Shown here piece by piece: positions 52,101 to 64,000 of a stretch of 64,000 nucleotides of DNA; position 1 is the first letter of the stretch, and each line of letters starts with the position of its first letter. Under the pieces are notes generated by a model that saw only the letters and a program-made list of their open reading frames with translations, searched no databases and was not told the DNA's origin. The stretch is from positions 1,854,926-1,918,925 of the forward strand of contig JAWQFM010000004.1 in assembly GCA_033442325.1 (NCBI GenBank). Reading direction: 5' to 3'. Origin of the DNA: Salpingoeca rosetta (taxonomy: Eukaryota; Protista; Choanoflagellata). The position numbers and the translations under genes were made by a program.

Positions 52101-55100
52101 CACAGCCGCAAACACGTCCGCTTCCTCCTCTTCAACATCAAGCTCCTGCAGCAGCGTCAGCCGCGCCGTCTGCTCGCTGTCCGTCGAAAACGATGTGCTG
52201 GACAGCGTCAGCTCCGCGCTCGTCAGCGCAAGCCCGCGCACGTAGCTCGCGTTCACAAACCCGCCGCCAACAGCCACTTCCACAAAGCCAGCAAGCCGCC
52301 CGCCCGCGTTCAGCGTCACGTTGGCAACGCCGGCTCCCACGCCGCGCACCATCAGCCCGTCCACGCTCGCAACGCCGCCGTCGCTCACGCTCAGGTGCCC
52401 GTCCACAACGTCGTTCACCACAACCTGCTTCGCAGGCCCGCTCGGCGAGTACCGATATGTCGCAACAGCCTTCACCCGCCCGCGCTGGTACTCCTGCGCA
52501 CACGTGCCGCTCGTCATCCAGCCGTACACAGGCGACAGCTGTGCGTCGTTCAGGCCCAGCGAAATCGGAAGCTCCGGCGCCCACACGCGCGCCCGCACAA
52601 CCGCCTGCTCCCCGCTGCTGACGTGCTGCACAGTCACAGCCACAAGCCCGCTGCCCTGCGTCGTCGTCGCTGCGCGAAGCTCCAGCCGGTTGCAGCTGCT
52701 CCCCACAGCAACCACAGACGTGTCGTCGCTGCTGCAGCTCAGCCCGCTCGAAAGCGTCGACAGCGCGCCCTGCCGGTTCAGCTGCTTCGTCGTCAGCGTC
52801 ACCGTCTGCGTCGACCCGTCCAGCACAGCCGTGTTCACAAGCTCTGCCTGCGCCAGGTAGCTGAACACAGCCGTCACAGGGTTCGAGGCAACATACACCG
52901 TGCCCGTGCCCTCGTGCTCACCAAGCCGGTCAACCACGCGCCCAGGCACAGGGCTCAGCACAATCGGCTCGTTCAGGTTGCGCAGGAACTTGATCTGCAC
53001 CGTCAGGCTGTGCGTCGTGTCCAGCGCCGCGCTCGATCGCGCGCGCATCGCAACACGAACCAGCTCCTGCGCGGCAACCTCAACTGTCGGCAGCCCGGCC
53101 TCGTTGTCGTGGTTCGCAGACAACCCAGCGGACAGCCCGCCGTCCGTCACAAGCGGCGCCGCCCGCCACGTCCCAGAGTCAAAGTTGATGCTCAGAATCT
53201 CAAGGTCGCTGCTCACGTCAAACTGCAGCGTAAACGCCGTCACAGGCAGCGTCGCGTCACCATACACAACGGCCTCAAACGTCTCCCCAACAAACACAGG
53301 CCGCAGCGGCATCTGCACCTGCACATCGTTGTTCGTCGGGCTGCTGCTCGCAGTGATGCCAAACGTCGGCTGGTACCGCAGCGTCACATCCCCGGCAGAC
53401 GTCAGCCCCGTCCGCTCATCGCTGAACCCGTACTGCACCTGCACAACCTGGTCCCCAGACACAACTGTGTCAGAGAACCACGACGCCGGCACCGTCACAG
53501 ACGCCGTGCACATCCCCGTCGCCGTGCCCACCTTGCACGACCCGACCAGGTTCGACGCGCCAGCCGCAGACGCAAGCTCGCTCGTCGGAACAACGACAAT
53601 CTTCACATACGTGTTCAACTCAACACGGCTGCTCCACAGCTCGTCCCACACCTGCAGCACCGCCTTCACAGTCCGGTCGCCGTCCGCGTACAGCTCGGTG
53701 AACGCCAGCGTCGCCGACACCTGCGTTGCACTGCGCCGCTGCGTCGAGTACGACACGCTGTTCGACGTCAGCGCGCTCCCCAGGTACGCACGTACACTGC
53801 CGCTGCTCCCAACAGCAGCGTTGTTGAACAGGGTGAGCTTCTCATCAAACTCGAGCGTTCCGACGAGAGCTGTGGAGCCCATGGGATAGCCGACCGCAGT
53901 TGTTGAGAACGAAATTGGCATGGGATCTGTGACGAAGATTGTGAGCATGACGGAGCTTGACTTGGCATTGAGCAAGCTTCCTTCGTCCTGCACCCACACG
54001 GCAAGCTCATACAGGGTTTGGGTTTCCCGCGAGAGCTGGCCGTTCACCCGCAGCTCGCCCGTGGTTTCGTCCAGGCTGAAGGCGCCATCTGGCGTTGTCG
54101 ATGCGCCGCCCTGGAAGTAGAAGCGGAAGCCCTGGTTGCAGCTGTCTTGATCTGTTGCATTGAACCGCACCACCACTGTGCCAACGACAGAGTCCTCGGG
54201 AACAAACTGAAAGTAGCTGTCCTGCGAGAACTGTGGGGTGTAGACGTTATCGTCCAGGATGGTCACGAGCACCGACGCATCTGCGCTTCGGCGGTAGCCG
54301 TTGAAGTACCTGCACCCCTGACGACAGATGCTGCTTGTGCACAAGGTCTCGCACTGGGCGAGCGTCGATGAGGTGTTGCCGTGCACGCAGCCTTGCTTGC
54401 ACCCGTCAAACGACTCGCCCGTGCTGAGAAACAGCAGGTGGCAGCGGTCGCTGCACTCGCTGACGGTGCCGTTCGGGTTATCCGTGACACGCACCCCAAA
54501 CGTGACTGTGTCAACGTTGTCGGTACAGAACTGCCCGTTTGTTGTGACAACGCCAGTGTCTGGGTCGATGTTGAAGCGGTCCGAGTCTGGGCCGTCGAGG
54601 ACGGAGAAGGTGAGGCGTGCGTTCTCGCCGGCATCCAGGTCAAACGCGCTGCCCACAAGCACGTTGTCTGTGACTGGGTCGCGGGTTTCCGTGAACCCAA
54701 ACCCGTATGCGGTCGACTTTGTAAACTGGGGGGTTTCGTCGTTCATGTCGCCAACCTGCACGAGGACGCGGGTGGTGGAGGAGAGCTGGGGGTGGCCGCT
54801 GTCCGAAGCACGCACGTACACGTTGTACTGGGGAACGGTGAGGGTCTCGCGGTCCAGCACATCTGCAGTGAGGAGAAGGCCCTGTGTTGGTTCGATCAGG
54901 AAAGGGCTGCTTCCAACAATGGAGTAGGTGACGGTGTGCTGGGCCGGGTTGCCACGATCCTGGTCCGTTGCGTTGACTTGAACAAAGGCAATGTTGAGCA
55001 GGTCGTTCTCGTACACCTGTGCGGTGTAGAGGTCCTTCTCAAACACCGGCGGGAACTCGTTCACGCCAAACACAGTCACAATGACGTGGGCCACAGAGGA

Positions 55101-58100
55101 CAGTGGCGGAGAGCCGTTGTCCTCCGCGACAAGCGTGACGTTGAAGGACGAGTACTGTTCACGGTCAATTGTGCGCTGGAGCTCAAAGCGCAGGTCCGTG
55201 GTGAGCTTGAACTTGCGGGGGCTCACGTCGCCACCTGCAATGACAACGCTCACGTCGGAGTTGTTGCCGCTGTCGGCATCGGTCACCTCAATCTGGGCAA
55301 GCAGCGAGTTTGCTGTCTTGTTCTCAAAGATGTCCACGTAGTACGTGTCCTGGGAGAAAATGGGGCGGTTGTCGTTGATGTCGTTGATGTTGATGGTGGT
55401 CGTGGCCATCTGCATCCTGGACGGCGTGCCGTGGTCCCGTGCAACAATGACCAGCGTGAGCTCATGGAGCTGCTCGTAGTCAAACCCGGTGGCGTTGGCG
55501 ATGTACAGCTCGCCCGTCGCGTTGTTGATGTCCAACAGAACGTGTCCGCCTGGCCCGCTGTTGCCACTCTGAATGCTGTAGGTGACGAGCGAGTTTGGCG
55601 TGTTTGGCTCATCAGCGTCTGTGGTATTGTACGTGGCAACGACGGTGCCCTCCGGCGTGTGCTCATCGACGCTGAGCTCAGCGAAGGGGGCCACAAAGGT
55701 GGGTGTGTTGTCGTTGACGTCGACCAAGTTCACGGTGACTTGCGTGAAGTTGGAGAGGCCGCCGCCGTCGGTCACGTTGACGTCCAGCGTGAACGAGCGG
55801 ACAACCTCAAAGTCAAGGGCTGTTTGGTCCATGGTGGTGAGGATGCCCGTGGTTGCGTCGAGATGGAACGGGGTGCCCAGGTCAGACGTGAGCGGATCGA
55901 TCAGGGTGAAGGTGAGGCGGCCAAAGCTGCCAGAGTCTGCGTCCGTGGCGTTGATCTGGGCGATGATGGTGCCACCCAGCGTGTTTTCGCGAATGGTGCG
56001 CGTGACGGGCGGGTGCAGCAGCTGTGGGTAGTTGTCGTTTTCATCCAGCACAATGACGTCGACGCGGGCTGTGGAGTTCATGGGTGGCACACCGTGATCG
56101 ATTGCCATGACGGTGATGTTGTAGCTGGTGGTGCGCTCATAATCCAGCGGCAGACTGCTAACAAGGGACATGCCTTCAATGACAAAGCCGCCAGCCTCGT
56201 TGCCACCAACAATGCTCAGTGTGTAGTTTCCGTTGTCACCGGAGTCTGCGTCGGAGACGTTGAAGGTGACAATCGACGTGTGCGGCGCCATGTACTCAGA
56301 CACGCGACGAATGTGCAGTGGCTGCGCAAACAACGGCGCGTTGTCATTTTCGTCTGTGATCCACACGTACACGGGATGGGTGATGTTGAAGCCGCCGTCA
56401 GACACCTGCACGGTGTACGTGTACTCCTGAACGAGCTCGTAGTCGATACTGGTGGCGAGAGTGATGACACCTGTGCTCGGGTTGATGGAGAAGGGCATGC
56501 TCGATTCCAGGATGGAGTATGTCAGCGTTGCGAACATTGGGTGAATGTCGGGGTCCGTGGCTGAAATGTTGAGGATGGTGGAGGAAACCGGAGTGGCCTC
56601 CGAAATGGTGGCATTGAACAGGACGAAGGGATCAAAGGCCGGCGTCTCGTTGATGTCCGTGATGTTGACGAGCACGGTGGTGGTGACGTTGAAGGCGCCA
56701 GGGTTGACACCGTTGTCAGACACAACAACCTCAAGCGTGTACGATGTCACGCTCTCATAGTCAAGCTCAGCCTTCATCACAACAACGTGGCCAGTCCCGT
56801 TGATGGAAAACAAGCCGTTCACATTCGTCGCAGGTGTGATCGTGTACGTCAGCACGTTGCTCGGCGCTGTCACATCTGCATCGCTCGCAAACACGCGGGC
56901 CGCAACATGACCGGCACCAGCAGACTCAAGCACCTCATACACATCAACGTTGTTGATCACAGGCGTCTCGTCGTTCAGATCCTGGATGTGCACCGTAACA
57001 ACAAGGTCTGCGCCCTCAGACGACAGGCTGGGGCTTCCGCCGTCGGTCGCCCGAATCACAATCGTCTCCGTCGCGCTGTACTGCTCAGCATCCAGTGCCA
57101 CCAGCGACACCAGGTTGCCGTTGCCGTCGAGCCCAAACGCGCTCGGGGCGGTGGTGTTGTGGATGCTCAGTGACACCACGGCGTTGTCGCCGCTGTCTGC
57201 GTCAGACACGTTCACCGGCACGCTGAAGCTGCCGCCATCAAGCACCGTCGTCTCGTACGCCGTCTCCGCAAACACAGGCGGGTTGTCATTGATATCTGTG
57301 ATTGTGACTGTGACGACGGCACTGTCCTGCTCGAAAAAGTCGCGAAGCGGGAAGACGATGACGCTGACCTCGTAGTAGTGTGTGCCTGGATAGGGGAAGT
57401 TTGTGGCCTCGTAGTCCAGCGGGGCGTTGATGGAGAACACGCCCGTGATGGCGTTAACGGCAAAGGCCTTTTCGCTTGCCGGGCCCGGGTTACCACCGGT
57501 GATGGAGAAGATGTTGTCGACAGAACCCTGCTCAATGTCAGCGTCGGTGATGGTGAAGGTGACGATGGCAGTGCCGACGGTGGCGTTCTCCGGGACGGTC
57601 ATGGCCCAGCGCGGCTGCGTGAAGAAGGGCGGCAAGTCGTCGACGTTTGTGATGTTCACGTAGACGGCCACCTCGCTGCTGCGCGGGATGTCTGGGTGGT
57701 TGTCGGTGGCGTTGACGACAAACACGTGCACGGTGGTGGTTTCGGCGTCAAAGGACTGCCGGGTGGTGATGGCGCCCGTGGCAGCGTTGATGGCAAAGGG
57801 GACGCTGAGGGGATCACGGATGCGGTAGGTGACCAGGGCCCCCTCGTCCATGTCGATGGCCAGGACAGTGCCGACGGCCGTCCCGGAAGCGGCGTTCTCC
57901 TCCACCTGGAAGATGTACGGCGAAGCGGTGAAGGTGGGCGCGTCCTTGTTGGGGACGCCCTTCAGGACGGAGATGGTGAGGTTGGCCGTGCCCATGAGCG
58001 GCGGCGTGCCTTCGTCGTACGCAAGCAGCTCCACGTGATGCTGCGGCACAAGGGTGCTGTTGAGGGTGCCGTTGAGGACAACAAGGCCCGTGTCGTCGAT

Positions 58101-59656
58101 GGTGAAGAGGGACTCGCTGGTGGCGCCGTCGAGCGGCCGCAGCGCATAGTGGACCACGGCGTTGCTGCCCAGATCGGCGTCGGTGGCCGACACCTGGATG
58201 ATCTCGTAGCCGGGCTGCTTGAGCTCGCTCAGCTCCGCCTCGTACGCCTTGCTTGCAAACTTGGGGCGGTTGTCGTTGACGTCGCGCAGCGTCAGCACAA
58301 GGGTGATCTGCGTGCTGAGTGGCGGGGTGCCCGTGTCCGAGGCGACAAACGTGACGGAGACGGTGGACTGGCTCTCGCGGTCCAGCACACCCACAACGTG
58401 CACGCGGCCCGTCTGGTCGACGTCGAGCGGCGCGCCCGCCGTCTGCGTGGAGAAGACGATGTTGGAGTTCTGGGCGGACACGTCCGCGTCCGTGACGTTC
58501 CACTTGAAGATGGTGGTGTCGTACGCCAGGTCCTCCGGCACCTCGATGCTGCGTGTTGTGGGCCCGTCGTAGGTTGGCCGCTCGTCGTTGGCGTCTGTGA
58601 CGTGCACGGTCACCGTGGTGTTGGTGGTGAAGGGCCCGTCAAACGCCTGCAGCACAAACGTGTACGAGGTTGGCGGCGTCTCTGCGTCGAGCGCGGCCTT
58701 GAGCGACACGGTGCCGTCGTTGGCCACCTGGAACACGTCCTCCGAGTGGTTGACAATGGCAAAGCTGGTGACGGGCACGGTGTCGATGTCCGTGGGCGCA
58801 AGCTGGAACAGCGTCTGGCCAACCGTGGCTGCCTCGGAGACGTTGAAGGAGTACGAGTCCTGGTCGAACACGGGCGGGTTGTCGTTGACGTCCAGCAGGG
58901 TGATGACGACGGTGGCATTGGACCTGAGCGAGTTGTCCTGCCGATCGACCGCCTCCAGCATGATGGTGTAGGTGGTGGGCGGCGTGTCGTAGTCGAGCGT
59001 GGCCGTCTGGCTCAGGATGAGCTCCGTGTCGCTCTTCAGCTCAAAGAGGCCCTCCTCGTTTCCGCCAATGATGAACGTGTCGTAGTCGCGGTACACGGGC
59101 CCGTCGGCGTCGCTGATGGAGACGTTAACGATGGACGTGCCCGGGGGTGCGTCTTCCCGCACCTGCGCCGGGTAGGATGCCTGCGAAAACAGGGGCCCGT
59201 TGTCGTTGATGTCGGTGATGGCCACGACAGTCTGACAGGCGATAAACGAGGTTGTTGAGCCAATGTACATGTAGAACACGGGCTCGCGGTCTGGCGAGGG
59301 CCGGAGCTGCTCGGCGTCCAGCTTGAGTCGCGTGTAGACCTTACCCGAGTTTGGATCGGGTATCTCCAGGATGCCACCCGCATTGTCGTGCGAGACAATT
59401 TCATAGTCGTTGTTGGTGAATCCAGATACAAAGAAGTACAGGCTGGAGCCAAAGGCTTCATACACCAGCGCCCCTGGCTCTTGCTCCTCCTCCACATTGA
59501 CCAGATAGGGGCAGGAAATTTGCCCTGCGTGTGTGTGTTTGGTGAAGGGAGAAGGGGGATTGTGTGTGTGGCGAAGGGGGAGGGGGCATTGTGTGAGCGT
59601 GTGCGTGTGTGTGTGGTGAAGGGGAGGGGGGTTGTGAGTGTGAGTGTGAGTGTGTG

Positions 59657-59689
<33 letters not shown>

Positions 59690-59695
59690 TGTGTG

Positions 59696-59756
<61 letters not shown>

Positions 59757-60218
59757 GTGTTGTGCTGAATTGGCAGCTGGAGGTGAACGGCGCACTGGAC
59801 CACTTTCGAGATGCACATGCAGCCGGAACAACAGCCGAACCAAACAGGCTGAAGAACCAGCTCACCAGTGATCCACACGTCCTCCCCCCCCCCCACCAAC
59901 ACGTCCCCCACACTTGCAAAACGTACCTTGTGCCGTTGTTGAGAGAAAGGCAAGTGTGAAGAAGATGGTCAGGGTGAGGAGTGTCCTCGCCGCGTTGCGC
60001 TGGAACCAGGAAGGCGGCTGCGCCCGGGGACGACGACGACAACGCCGATGATGACTGTCATGGTGTTGTCGTTGTCGGTGTGTGCACGGTTTTTCCACTG
60101 CCGGCACTGCTGGTGCTGGTGCCGGTGCCGGTGCCAGAGTTGCTGTTCTGTGCTGCGCGTGCACGCAGGAACCAGCGCCGAAGAAGCTGTGGTCATCTGT
60201 GTGTTGGTGCCAAGGCAT
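37155..60218 (-). CDS. Giant cadherin (~7,550 aa), coherin/TMEM132-like: ~31 EC repeats, 3 TMEM132-like modules, 2 cohesin-dockerin cassettes, TM, cytoplasmic tail
   Basis: Exon 1 60218-59927 ends in a signal-like stretch TLLTLTIFFTLAFLSTTAQG. A phase-1 GT-AG intron (59926-59525) joins it to a 22.37-kb exon 59524-37155. Repeated DxNDNxPxF, LDRE/LDYE and AxDxD cadherin motifs; TM at ~37911-37970. The start codon choice is less certain than the rest. Confidence 0.93.
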
Positions 60219-61124
60219 GGTTCCGCCTCGGCGTGTGGTTGTGTGCGTGTTGTGTGTGCGGTTGTGTTGGGGGGAAGGGCTCAAGGCCTCCCGTTTGCGT
60301 CGAACGCGCGACGTGCACACAGCCCACTCACGCACTGGGAGCGTGGAGTCAGGGGGCAGCAGCACAACAACAAAATACGACGCTGTGTTGGAGTTGGGCC
60401 ACAGCAGAGGTCGCTTGCTTGCTTGCTGCGGTAATCGAACAGCGAGCAGCTGGTCAAAAGGGAAGGAGAAACAAAGAACGCACACCGCAGTGATGATTTA
60501 ACGTGCGGTGATGCTGATGTTGTTGATGTTGTTGCTGTTGTTGATGTTGTTGAACCTGTTGTGGTTGAAATAGAAAGGCGTTTGGCGGGAAAGCAGCACG
60601 CTGAACGTCGAACGAGACAACGTGCGTGTGCGCCTGTTGTGGTGCAATGCGAGTGTGGGGGAACGTGAGTTTGTCAGCAACAAGCAACCCCCAACGTGCA
60701 CAAGACAGAAAGAGACAGAGCGTGTGTATGCGGTAACAAGGAGGCCGGTCACATCAACGAAAAGCAGCATGCACACACACCTCACGATACAATGACGACA
60801 ACACAAACGAGACAGCAAGAAGGGGGGAGGCAACAACACACCACACCCTTCTTCGTCCTTGTTGTGCTGCGTGGTTTTGCTTTGCTTTGTGTGTGCGGCT
60901 TTGGCTGTGTGCAGTTTTCCCAACAATTTTTTTTTATTCTGCTCCTGCTGCTGTTGGGTGCTTCTTGTGGGAAGCGCTCTACTGACGTCGTCATTGCGGA
61001 TTGTTGGTGTAAGATATTCGACGTTTATCTTGGGGAGCGCCGACCGCGTCACTTCTTCTTCTGCTGGCTGGTTGTTGTTTGTTTGGTTTTGAGTGAGCGT
61101 TTGGAGCAGCCAGCAGCGATCATC

Positions 61125-64000
<2,876 letters not shown>

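Noticed and set aside
39664-59258. Long + strand ORFs opposite the cadherin (e.g. 49821-53906, 40920-44573, 54381-56564)
   Set aside because: Antisense shadows expected from GC-rich, biased codon usage; no recognisable motifs.
59525-59843. N-terminal His/Thr-rich part of the 7562-aa ORF
   Set aside because: Translation of a (CA)n intron; an in-phase upstream exon with a signal-like sequence explains the real start better.

Overview
Eukaryotic, intron-rich, microsatellite-rich DNA. It is most likely from a choanoflagellate such as Salpingoeca rosetta; this is an inference from gene content and style, not a database match. Gene order: (+) 5'-truncated multi-exon surface protein with bacterial-type Ig-like 'DxAGN' repeats; (-) clathrin heavy chain; (-) p24/TMED2; assembly gap; (+) GAF-GAF cyclic-nucleotide phosphodiesterase with a probable C-terminal CaaX; (-) ATP12/ATPAF2; (+) intronless tRNA-dihydrouridine synthase; (-) small coiled-coil hypothetical gene; a full-length but frameshifted Tigger/pogo transposon with perfect 23-bp TIRs and TA target duplication; (-) a ~7,550-aa giant cadherin; (+) 3'-truncated type-B carboxylesterase. 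The highlight is the cadherin. It has ~31 cadherin repeats, three TMEM132-like modules and two copies of a cassette reading [cohesin]-[two furin-type sites]-[dockerin]. This suggests a polyprotein cut exactly between cohesin and dockerin and re-assembled non-covalently, cellulosome-style, with a middle piece (dockerin at one end, cohesin at the other) that could polymerise. Domain assignments come from motif recognition by eye, and exon boundaries were deduced manually.
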